Notes under the pieces: model-generated
Told to the model about the DNA's origin: nothing
Seen by the model: the letters and a program-made list of their open reading frames with translations, nothing else
Databases searched by the model: none
Made by a program: the position numbers and the translations under genes
Source of the DNA: an uncultured Clostridia bacterium
GTDB lineage: Bacteria; Bacillota; Clostridia; Christensenellales; CAG-314
Length of the DNA stretch: 64,000 nt
NCBI GenBank assembly: GCA_947053925.1
Contig: CAMRUG010000002.1
Coordinates: forward strand, 174,003 to 238,002
Direction: 5' to 3'
In this document: in pieces, positions 8,641 through 17,634 of the stretch
Position numbering within the stretch: position 1 is the first letter of the stretch
Layout of the letters: the number at the start of each line of letters is the position of its first letter

Positions 8641-9721
8641 TGTTATCCTTATTTTGTTTATTATTAGACATATTATCCGTTCGTAAAGATACTTTTGTTG
8701 ACGCATTGCGGCGAATGTCGTCCGTAATTGCGGCATAGTGGCGTTTTGTTGTGTTTACATCCTTGTGTCCTAAGACATCTGCAACAACGTAAATATCGCC
8801 TGTATTGCGGTATAACTGCGTGCCGAAAGTCGAACGTAGTTTGTGCGGAGTAATATGTTTGAGCGGTGCGGCAACAAGACTGTATTTTTTTATAATATTT
8901 TCAACAGCACGGGTAGTAATGCGCCGTTTTTGCAGTGAAAGAAATAGCGCAGGTTCGTTTTTAAGAGATTTGTCTGCTGTGCGCATACAATAATAGTCGT
9001 ATAAGTAACCGGCAACTTCTTCCGAAAAATACAGTATTACGCGCGCGCCGCCTTTTCTTGTTACGACAAAACTTAAATCGTTAAAATTGACGTCGTCAAC
9101 GTCTATTCCGACAAGTTCGCTTACGCGAATGCCTGTTCCCAAAAGTAAACTTACAATGGCGAGATCTCTTACTCGGGTATTTTCTTGGTATTTCTGCTGG
9201 CGTGTTGACAATCCGTCGCCCGTATCGACTACTTCGAACATAGCGTTAATTTCGTCAGTATCTAAACGGATTATTTCTTTTTCGCGCAATTTAGGCGTAT
9301 CGACAGATGCAGTAGGGTTATATTTTATTATTTGTTTTTTTTCAAAATAGCGTATCATAGAACGAATTGCCGCAAGTTTTCTGCTTTTGCCGCGCTCGCT
9401 GTTTTTTATGATATTTCCTTCCGCGTCCTTGTAAATTTCGACATAGTTAAGATATGCTTCGATTTCGAAAGGAGAAAGTTGTTCAATATCCGTCGGCGTG
9501 ATTTCTTTTGTATTTTTGCCTTTTAAGCGGTACACTTTTTTTGTCAGATAATTGAAAAATGTTCTTATGTCATAAGCGTAATTCAATCGGGTCAATGCCG
9601 TAGTGTTGCCGGAAATACCAACAAAATACTCCCTGCAAAAGTCGGGTAAATCTTCATCGAGAATATGTTCTAATTTTTCGAGATTGTCAGCGTCTCTTTT
9701 GTTGAAATAAGTTTTACTCAT
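8633..9721 (-). CDS. Tyrosine recombinase, XerC/XerD-like (site-specific integrase family)
   Basis: N-terminal SAM-like core-binding domain. C-terminal catalytic signature: TGIRVSEL ... HKLRSTFGTQL ... LGHKDVNTTKRHY. Its 3' end overlaps the hflX start. Confidence 0.85.
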   Translation of the reverse strand: MSKTYFNKRDADNLEKLEHILDEDLPDFCREYFVGISGNTTALTRLNYAYDIRTFFNYLTKKVYRLKGKNTKEITPTDIEQLSPFEIEAYLNYVEIYKDAEGNIIKNSERGKSRKLAAIRSMIRYFEKKQIIKYNPTASVDTPKLREKEIIRLDTDEINAMFEVVDTGDGLSTRQQKYQENTRVRDLAIVSLLLGTGIRVSELVGIDVDDVNFNDLSFVVTRKGGARVILYFSEEVAGYLYDYYCMRTADKSLKNEPALFLSLQKRRITTRAVENIIKKYSLVAAPLKHITPHKLRSTFGTQLYRNTGDIYVVADVLGHKDVNTTKRHYAAITDDIRRNASTKVSLRTDNMSNNKQNKDNNE

Positions 9722-9958
9722 ATTGTTATTTTACCCTAAAATTGTCTCCAAATCAACAGTATTAGGGAATTTTGCGAATAAATATTCTCAATGCGAAGAA
9801 GGTCATTGTGGAAATCTGATTAAATTTTAAGATTTTTCTCTGGTCTAATTGTTTGATTGATGAAAAATTGTAGGGCGCAGGGCTGAAAGATTAACAGATT
9901 AGTTGCAGGCAGATTGACAAACAGGGAAGTTAATTTGTGCAGAAGTCGGCACAGCAAT

Positions 9959-10044
9959 ACGTTTGTTTTTAAAGCTTGATTGGCAATCAAATATGCGGAG
10001 CTAAAATATGCGCCCTGATAGAATAACCTGTATCCGTAAGCGTA
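9959..10044 (-). pseudogene. Fragment of a ynbB-like paralog (degenerate copy of 10961..11040)
   Basis: An 86-nt segment aligns with 80 nt of the downstream gene, with 5 mismatches and 3 small indels (net +6). The minus strand translates to YAYGYRLFYQGAYFSSAYLIANQALKTN, against the gene's YAYGYRLFYQGIFLAPHIVNQALKTS. A stop codon lies immediately upstream and there is no start. Confidence 0.75.
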
Positions 10045-10385
10045 TTATTTTCGGAAGTTTGACGAATATATTGGGTGTGTGGCAGTTGCTGTGGCTCACA
10101 TAAACGTTGAATGGGTTTAGAACTCCAAAGTAGTGAGTAAAAATAAAAAATTTATTTTCAAAGTGTCTTCTGTAAGCGCAGAGATAGCAACAGTGTGTCA
10201 AAATAGATGGGTTAAATTGTGCGTATAAGCAAAAAATATGTGGTATACCACTAAAATAATTTTGATTTTCTACAAATGTTTCAATATAATTTTAAACAAG
10301 CGAACAGAATTCTATGTGCTGTTTGAATTTGTGTCCTATGAAATTATCTATGAATTATTTGACCCTAAGCATATTAGCTGTTATG

Positions 10386-10421
10386 TATCTATTCGCAAAA
10401 CACTGCTTTTGCGAATAGATA
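10386..10421. repeat. Perfect 15-bp inverted repeat (hairpin/palindrome) in orphan spacer
   Basis: TATCTATTCGCAAAA - CACTGC - TTTTGCGAATAGATA. No flanking U-tract on either strand. Confidence 0.8.
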
Positions 10422-10605
10422 TGGATAAAAATAGTGCGCAGAGCGTTAAAAATATAAATCTGACGATAATTTTTCCATATCACAGTTAACTTATTATCTA
10501 TATTTATTGAACAGGAAGAATTCATCAGCTTTGATTGTTTATTGGGCATATGGTTGTTATGTGTCCATTTTTTCTTCTTGATTCCTGTAGAATAAAGAAG
10601 ATTTG

Positions 10606-11817
10606 CTAACTGATTTTATTTAAAACTTGTTCCAACGCAAGAATTCCGTGTTCTAATGTTAGCCCGCCTTGTAAATAAGCGATATAAGGTGCTTTGATAG
10701 GTCCGTCGCAGCTAAGTTCGATGGACGAGCCTTGTACAAAGCAGCCTGCTGCCATTATAACTTTTTCGTTGTATCCCGGTTGTTCCCACGGCTCAGGCGT
10801 TACAAAGCCGTCAACCGGAGACACTGACTGAATTGCTTGACAAAATCTAATCATTTTGTCTGCATCTTCAAATTTGACGGAGCAAACAATATCTCCGAGT
10901 TTATCGTTCGGCTTCGGCAAAACATCATATCCCGAATTAGTCAATACCTCAGAGAATAACACGCTTGTTTTTAAAGCTTGATTGACAATATGCGGAGCTA
11001 AGAATATGCCTTGATAGAATAATCTATATCCGTAAGCGTAGGAGCCGACTTCTGTGCCGATTGACGGAGAAGTTAATCGGCTTGCAACTAAATCCATTAA
11101 ATCTGCTCGCCCTGCAATATAACCGCCCGTGGGAGCTATTCCGCCGCCGATATTTTTTATAAAAGATCCTGCACAAATATCAACTCCGACCTCTGTCGGC
11201 TCTTGCATTTCAACAAATTCTCCATAACAGTTATCGCACATAATTATACAATTTGGAGCGATTTTTTTGACAAATTTGCAAATTTTTTCAATATCATCGA
11301 TGCTCAATGCAAGTCTCCACGAATAGCCGCGCGAACGTTGTATGTAAATCATTTTAACGGAATTCTTTGACAAATATTTCTCTACGGATTCATAATCAAT
11401 ACGGTCGTTTTTTAGCGGAATATTATCAAATCTAATACCAAAATCAGCAAGACTTCCGATACCGTTTTTATAAATAACGTCTTGCATTGTGTCGTACGGT
11501 TCTCCTGTTACGGACAAAACCACATCGTCAGGACGCAATATACCGAATAAAGCCAGTGTTAAAGCGTGCGTTCCCGATACAATTAGCGGACTTACGATGG
11601 CTTTTTCCGTTTTAAATATTTCTGCAAGAACTTTCCCCAATGTGTCGCGACCGATATCATCCGCGCCGTAACCGCTTGTTCCGTTAAAGTGTCTCAAAGC
11701 TACACAGTTATTTTTGTACGCTTCTAATACTTTATTTTGATTGAACAACGATATCGAATCTAACTCTTCAAATTTCTTTTTTGTATTTGTGATTGCGTCT
11801 ACTACTGTTTTTTTCAT
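10606..11817 (-). CDS. ynbB: PLP-dependent YnbB / 'aluminium resistance' family protein (Cys/Met-metabolism lyase fold)
   Basis: 403 aa with family-typical blocks (HFNGTSGYGADDIGRD, VSGTHAL, IQRSRGY). It keeps the conserved neighbourhood with hflX (ynbA-ynbB in B. subtilis) and miaA. Confidence 0.75.
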   Translation of the reverse strand: MKKTVVDAITNTKKKFEELDSISLFNQNKVLEAYKNNCVALRHFNGTSGYGADDIGRDTLGKVLAEIFKTEKAIVSPLIVSGTHALTLALFGILRPDDVVLSVTGEPYDTMQDVIYKNGIGSLADFGIRFDNIPLKNDRIDYESVEKYLSKNSVKMIYIQRSRGYSWRLALSIDDIEKICKFVKKIAPNCIIMCDNCYGEFVEMQEPTEVGVDICAGSFIKNIGGGIAPTGGYIAGRADLMDLVASRLTSPSIGTEVGSYAYGYRLFYQGIFLAPHIVNQALKTSVLFSEVLTNSGYDVLPKPNDKLGDIVCSVKFEDADKMIRFCQAIQSVSPVDGFVTPEPWEQPGYNEKVIMAAGCFVQGSSIELSCDGPIKAPYIAYLQGGLTLEHGILALEQVLNKIS

Positions 11818-12061
11818 TTTATACTCCCCTTTTATACTATTATGCTTATCATAGTATTATATATTTTGTTGTTTTTCGATATAGTAGCAACAAAAAAAAC
11901 ACTATTTCCTGCTTATATTTGAGTAAAACATTTTTTTATGCTTGTTTAAATATTATTATGCAGAAAACTGTAAGTCCCTTGTCCTCTTCTATCGATTTTT
12001 AGATTTTGTATACTTGATATTGCCTAAACGAATAATTACAATTTACGAATTCAATTCTATA

Positions 12062-12108
12062 TAAAAACTCTCTTGCGTAATGCCTTTAAATCGCTTTTAG
12101 ACGCAAGG
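12062..12108 (-). terminator. Possible miaA terminator
   Basis: Minus strand: CUUGCGU ...22 nt... ACGCAAG followed by AGAGUUUUUAU. The stem is only 7 bp with a large loop. Confidence 0.4.
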
Positions 12109-12201
12109 AAATTTGGTTGAATATAAATTCGGTGCTTATGTTGCAATAACAATCAAAATGTATTTTCATCTGTAATATTACGACAGAAATGTAATTACTT
12201 A

Positions 12202-13110
12202 CTAATTGTCAGCAGTTACAAAATAATCGTAAATATATTCCGCTATATCTTGAGGTGTTTTATTATCTACGTCGATAAACTGTGTAACATTCATTTTTTT
12301 AAAATAAGTAATTTGACGTTTAGCATAATGCCGTGTATTCAGTTTTATTTTTTCAACTGCTTCTTGCAATGAAATTCTATTCTGCAAAAACTCTATCAGT
12401 TCCTTGTACCCTATTGCCGAAAAAGCCGTGGTTTCAGCTTTGCCGTATTTGTTTATCAGGGCTTTGACTTCTTCGACCAATCCGCAGGCAATCATATTAT
12501 TTACACGGGTATCTATTTGAGCATACAAATCGGACCTGTTACGTTGCAAAACAAATAATTTGCAATTGTATTTAGGATTACTCTTTCCGTTACCTTGCGA
12601 TTTCTTTTTACCGCTTTCTGCAATTTCTATTGCGCGTATAACTCTTTTTTCATTATTTAAGTCTACGTTATTATAAGTTTCGGCATCCAAGTTTTTTAGT
12701 AAAACGCCTAATGCTTCGATACCGTACGTATTGGCATACTGTTTTAATTCCTGTCGTCTGTTTTCGTCATAGTGTCCAAACTCCGGCGGATACAGTAAGC
12801 TATCAAAGTAAAATCCCGTGCCGCCCGCAACAATAGGTATCGACATAATCCTGTCTATAATTTTTGACGCTTCTTGCTGATAGAGATATGACGAATAATT
12901 TACACACGGTTCGACAATATCTATCATATGGTGTTTAATGCCGTCCATTTCCTGCAAAGTAATTTTTGCCGTGCCGATATCCATACCTTTATAAATTTGC
13001 ATTGAATCCGCTGAGATTACTTCACTCTTTAACAACTTTGCAAGTTCTACCGCAACTTTAGACTTACCGACAGATGTTGTTCCCGTTATTCCGATAAATG
13101 TTTTCATCAC
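12202..13110 (-). CDS. miaA: tRNA dimethylallyltransferase
   Basis: P-loop GTTSVGKS, then ISADSMQIYKGMDIGTAK and other MiaA-typical blocks. The start overlaps the mutL stop. Confidence 0.93.
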   Translation of the reverse strand: MMKTFIGITGTTSVGKSKVAVELAKLLKSEVISADSMQIYKGMDIGTAKITLQEMDGIKHHMIDIVEPCVNYSSYLYQQEASKIIDRIMSIPIVAGGTGFYFDSLLYPPEFGHYDENRRQELKQYANTYGIEALGVLLKNLDAETYNNVDLNNEKRVIRAIEIAESGKKKSQGNGKSNPKYNCKLFVLQRNRSDLYAQIDTRVNNMIACGLVEEVKALINKYGKAETTAFSAIGYKELIEFLQNRISLQEAVEKIKLNTRHYAKRQITYFKKMNVTQFIDVDNKTPQDIAEYIYDYFVTADN

Positions 13111-15035
13111 ACTATCCTTTTGAACATCTTTTCAATTTCACGTTTGCTAAACGAAATATAAATCGGACGTCCGTGCGGACACTGCAATACTCTGTCTTCA
13201 GCTATATCTTTGAGAATGTGCTTAATTTCAAACTCGTTTAAAGTATACCCCGCTTTTATTGCCGCTTTGCACGCCTTTTGCGCAATTTTCTCTACAATCA
13301 ATACCTTGTCGTCTAATCTAAACTCATCCACACTTTGCAATAAATAGTCTACAAATTCGTTCATCTTTACATTGCTAAAAATGGTAGATGTCGCGGTAAT
13401 TCTAAATGTATTGCGCCCGAAAGGCTCCATCTCGATACCAGCAGATATAATATTTTCAAGATTAGCGTCAATAAACTGCGCCTCATCGTCTCTTACGGTA
13501 AAAGTGTACGGGAACAATAACGGTTGCATATCGCCTGACCGATTTTCCATAAACCGATCGAATAATATTCTTTCGTGTGCCGCATGTTGGTCTATAAGAA
13601 TGATTTTATCTTCAATTTCTAGCATTAAATATGTTTTGAACGCAACACCCAGTATTCGTGTTCTGTCAAACAAATCTTGTGTTTCGTCTATATCTTCTTC
13701 TATAATCGGAGGAATAGGCGGCTGCTCGATTTCTTCTGTCTCAATTTCGCGGTTATTGATTTTTGGTTGCAAACTGTCCAAGCCCATTTGCTGACGGACT
13801 TTCTGCACCGACACTTCACGTTCCATTTCATCTGCAAATTTTTCAAAATCTCTACGCAACTCTTCTTCTCTGGTGAGTTTTTCAATTTGTAGAACATCCT
13901 CGCTTTGTGCAGGATTCATTATTTCAAATCTACCGCTATCTAATATTTCTTCCAGTTTTGTTTCGTTCTCTTGTTGTAAACTGGATTCGCTATCGTAGAC
14001 GTCATTATTATCAGTTTTTAAATTAGTGCCGTATATTTTTTGCGACCTCATATAAACAAATAACGCGTCAGAAACGGCGTGATAAAAGGCAGAGCAAACA
14101 TCCTGATGATTGACAAAACGTACTTCAGTTTTCTTAGGATGGGCATTTACATCGACGCAGTCATACGGTATTTCCAAATCTAAAATAAAGAACGGATATT
14201 GACGCGTCATCAAATACGGTTTAAAGGCTTGCAATACAGAGCCTGCTATACTGTTGTCGATAACATATCTTCCGTTAACAGAGAGCGTTTGATAGGTTTT
14301 ATTAGGTTTAGAGTACTGCGGCGCTCCGATATAGCCTTTTATGCGGCAATTCTTTTTTGAATAATTAACAGGCACACAATTGCTAACGCAATCTTTGCCG
14401 TAAACTGTAAATATTGCTTCGGATAGTCCTGCCCCTTTGGAACGGTAAATACTCTTTCCGTCTAAATAATAATCGACTTTTAAGTTCGGATTAGTCAAAA
14501 TCAGTTTTGCAACATATTTGGTTATGTCAGTTGCCTCTCGGCTTGCTTGTTTTAAAAATTTTTTGCGGGCAGGGGTATTGTAAAATAAATTCAATATCTC
14601 AATGCGCGTTCCGATATTTGCTGAGACAAAACCTTTTTCAACAATTTGGCCGTTTTCGACAGTAACCGAAATTGCCGTCTCTGCCGTACGTTGTCTGGTT
14701 ACTAATTTTACTTTAGCTACTGCCGCAATACTCGGTAGCGCTTCTCCGCGAAAACCTAAAGTCTGCACCGCTTCCAAGTCTTTTGCCGAAGCCAGTTTGC
14801 TTGTTGCGTGCTTAATAAATGCCAAATCTATATCTTCTTCGGACATTCCGCGTCCGTTATCCGTTATAGAAATTGACTTAAATCCGCCGTCGCAAATTTC
14901 TATTGTGATTTGATTCGCCCCCGCGTCAATACTGTTTTCCACAACTTCTTTCACCGCGCCGACGGGAGCTTCAACAACTTCTCCTGCGGATATTAAATTG
15001 TAAATATCGGGAGTTAATATTTTTATGTCAGCCAT
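13107..15035 (-). CDS. mutL: DNA mismatch repair protein MutL
   Basis: GHKL ATPase N-terminus (AGEVVEAPVGAVKEVVENSIDAGA, DNGRGM, LGFRGEAL). C-terminal dimerisation/endonuclease domain (DQHAAHERILF). Confidence 0.95.
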   Translation of the reverse strand: MADIKILTPDIYNLISAGEVVEAPVGAVKEVVENSIDAGANQITIEICDGGFKSISITDNGRGMSEEDIDLAFIKHATSKLASAKDLEAVQTLGFRGEALPSIAAVAKVKLVTRQRTAETAISVTVENGQIVEKGFVSANIGTRIEILNLFYNTPARKKFLKQASREATDITKYVAKLILTNPNLKVDYYLDGKSIYRSKGAGLSEAIFTVYGKDCVSNCVPVNYSKKNCRIKGYIGAPQYSKPNKTYQTLSVNGRYVIDNSIAGSVLQAFKPYLMTRQYPFFILDLEIPYDCVDVNAHPKKTEVRFVNHQDVCSAFYHAVSDALFVYMRSQKIYGTNLKTDNNDVYDSESSLQQENETKLEEILDSGRFEIMNPAQSEDVLQIEKLTREEELRRDFEKFADEMEREVSVQKVRQQMGLDSLQPKINNREIETEEIEQPPIPPIIEEDIDETQDLFDRTRILGVAFKTYLMLEIEDKIILIDQHAAHERILFDRFMENRSGDMQPLLFPYTFTVRDDEAQFIDANLENIISAGIEMEPFGRNTFRITATSTIFSNVKMNEFVDYLLQSVDEFRLDDKVLIVEKIAQKACKAAIKAGYTLNEFEIKHILKDIAEDRVLQCPHGRPIYISFSKREIEKMFKRIV

Positions 15036-17634
15036 TCTTTTTTACCTTTTTTACTAAAGAATTAAGTATATCAAATGCTTCTATAGGCGAAGTTTTATTC
15101 ATATCGGTATCGCGTAAAATAGACGCTATTTCTTTTGCCGTGTTCATATTCTCTCTTTCATTATTTTCGCTAGTTGACGTTATGGCGCTGAGATTCATAC
15201 TAATGTTACTGTTTTCCAGCATTGTAACTATTTCTTTTGCTCTGTCGCACACGTTTTGAGGAACTCCTGCAAGAGATGCGACTTCTATACCGAAACTTTT
15301 ACTTGTTCCGCCGCGCGCAATTTTATGTAAAAATATTACGGAGCCGTTATATTCTTTAACCGTAACACGGTAATTTTTTACGCCGTCTACTCTGCCTTCC
15401 AAATCGGTTAATTCGTGGTAATGGGTAGAAAACAGTGTTTTTGCGCAAATTTCATTAGAAACATATTCCATTACCGCCCAAGCAATAGACAAACCGTCAA
15501 AAGTCGATGTTCCGCGCCCTATTTCATCAAGAATAATAAGGCTGTTGCGCGTTGCATTGTTAAGAATATTCGCTACTTCTACCATTTCTACCATAAATGT
15601 ACTTTGATTAAACGCTAAGTCGTCATTTGCTCCTACTCTGGTGAAAATTTTGTCGGTAATAGGAATTTCCGCTTGTTTCGCCGGCACAAACGAACCGATA
15701 TGCGCCATTAAAGTAACAAGTGCAACCTGACGCATAAAAGTACTCTTTCCTGCCATATTAGGACCTGTAATTATCATTGTTCTGTTTTCTTCAGTGTCCA
15801 AATTTACGTCATTGGTAATAAAGTTCTCCCGTTTGATGTAAGCCTCTACAATCGGGTGTCTGCCCTCTATAATTGTCAATTTGGTGTCGGCAGTATTTAT
15901 TTTGGGTTTGCAGTAATCATTGCTTTCTGCAACTGTAGCAAAAGAAATCAAACAATCCAGTGCCGCCACTGCTTGCGCAATCTGTTGCATTGTCGGAATA
16001 TATTCCAAAAGCCTATTGCGCAAATCTTCAAAAAGCGTCTTTTGCAACTTAATTTTTCTTTCGTAAGCGTTGAGCATTTTTTCTTCGAGTTCTTTCAGTT
16101 CGGGGCTGACGAAACGCTCTCCTGAAGTTATAGTTTGCTTACGGATAAAATTTGACGGAACTAGTTCAAGCATAGAATTGGTTACCTCGAAGTAGTAACC
16201 GAAAACTTTGTTATATCCTAATTTTAAATTTTTAATTCCTGTGCGCGTTTTTTCATATTCTTCTAATGCGGATATTCTGGACGCTCCGTTTTTAGACAAA
16301 TCGTATAGTTCATCAAGTTCGGCATTGTAACCCTTTTTGATAAAATCGTTGTCTTTGATTATGATAGGGACATCTTCTTCGATTGCTTTATCGAGAAGAT
16401 TTGCTACGCCAGTTAACGGGTCGATAGAATTGTTTATTGATGCCAACATTTTGCACTTAGTATTTACCAACTGACGCTTGATATCGGGCAAAAGCAACAA
16501 GGACTTTTTTAACGACAAGCAGTCTTTGGGCGTAACGTTATTATAGGCTATTTTGCCGACGATTCTTTCTATATCGTTAATGCCTTTAAGCGTTTCCGTC
16601 AAATTAGAGCGCAATATATAGTTGTGATACAATTCGTCGACAGCATCCAATCGCAAGTTTATTTGCGAAGCTTTTTGCAAGGGTCGATCTATCCAATCGT
16701 TAAGCATACGCGCCCCCATATTGGTTTGCGTTTTATCCAAAAGCCACAACAAACTGCCCTTTTTCTTGCTTTCGCGGTACGATACGGTTAATTCCAAGTT
16801 TTTGCGTGTCTTTATGTCGATAGACATATATTTGTTTTTATCAACGAATTTGGGCGGTTTTAAATGCGGCAAATCACGTTTTTGTGTCTCCGTCAAATAT
16901 TGAAACATAGCGCCGCAGGCAGAAATTGCCCTAGACTTACCCTGCAAACCGAAGCCGTCCAAAGTAGAAACTTTGTAATGGGCTAAAAGAATTTCTTTGC
17001 TTGTTTTTTTGTCAAAGCAGTTTTCCGAGTATTCTCCGAATTGAGGCACATAGCCCGCTTTTACGCAATCTAAATCGTTAGACAAAATTTGCGCGGCATT
17101 GTTACAAATTATTTCCGACGGTTTATAACAGACTAAAAATTCCTGTAAGTCTTTGAGATTGATAACTCCGTCAAACTCGCTTAAAAAAACATCGCCCGTC
17201 GATAAATCGCAAAGAGCCACGCCTATTTTGTCGTCTGCGTAAGCCGAGCAAATGTAATTACTGCGTTTTTCTTCCAAAATTTCACTGTCCATTACTGTTC
17301 CCGCGGTTATAACGCGTACAACGTCGCGTTTGACTAAATCTCTGCCGTTTGGTTCGGACAACTGCTCGCATATTGCAACTTTCTCGCCTGCGGCAAGCAA
17401 TTTACCTATATAGACGTCAACAGCGTGATAAGGAACGCCGCACATAGGCGCGCGTTCGGGCATACCGCAGTTTTTGCCTGTCAAGGTTAAATCCAATATT
17501 TTACTCGCTTTAACAGCGTCTTCAAAAAACATTTCATAAAAGTCGCCCAAACGATACAAAAGGATACAATTTGCATACTGCTCTTTTGTTTGCAAATAAT
17601 TTTGCATCATTGGTGATAATACGTTTTTTTTCAT
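15028..17634 (-). CDS. mutS: DNA mismatch repair protein MutS
   Basis: N-terminal mismatch-binding region (TPMMQ-like SPMMQNYLQTKEQY, GDFYEMFFEDA). Walker A GPNMAGKST; motif STFMVEM. The start MKKNVLSP at 17634 forms a TAATG overlap with the miaB stop. Confidence 0.95.
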   Translation of the reverse strand: MKKNVLSPMMQNYLQTKEQYANCILLYRLGDFYEMFFEDAVKASKILDLTLTGKNCGMPERAPMCGVPYHAVDVYIGKLLAAGEKVAICEQLSEPNGRDLVKRDVVRVITAGTVMDSEILEEKRSNYICSAYADDKIGVALCDLSTGDVFLSEFDGVINLKDLQEFLVCYKPSEIICNNAAQILSNDLDCVKAGYVPQFGEYSENCFDKKTSKEILLAHYKVSTLDGFGLQGKSRAISACGAMFQYLTETQKRDLPHLKPPKFVDKNKYMSIDIKTRKNLELTVSYRESKKKGSLLWLLDKTQTNMGARMLNDWIDRPLQKASQINLRLDAVDELYHNYILRSNLTETLKGINDIERIVGKIAYNNVTPKDCLSLKKSLLLLPDIKRQLVNTKCKMLASINNSIDPLTGVANLLDKAIEEDVPIIIKDNDFIKKGYNAELDELYDLSKNGASRISALEEYEKTRTGIKNLKLGYNKVFGYYFEVTNSMLELVPSNFIRKQTITSGERFVSPELKELEEKMLNAYERKIKLQKTLFEDLRNRLLEYIPTMQQIAQAVAALDCLISFATVAESNDYCKPKINTADTKLTIIEGRHPIVEAYIKRENFITNDVNLDTEENRTMIITGPNMAGKSTFMRQVALVTLMAHIGSFVPAKQAEIPITDKIFTRVGANDDLAFNQSTFMVEMVEVANILNNATRNSLIILDEIGRGTSTFDGLSIAWAVMEYVSNEICAKTLFSTHYHELTDLEGRVDGVKNYRVTVKEYNGSVIFLHKIARGGTSKSFGIEVASLAGVPQNVCDRAKEIVTMLENSNISMNLSAITSTSENNERENMNTAKEIASILRDTDMNKTSPIEAFDILNSLVKKVKKNG

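Noticed and set aside
8633-9721. Tyrosine recombinase as the marker of an integrated mobile element or prophage.
   Set aside because: No phage, IS or conjugative genes are adjacent. The gene overlaps hflX translationally, and the flanking genes are the conserved ynbB/hflX/lexA set.
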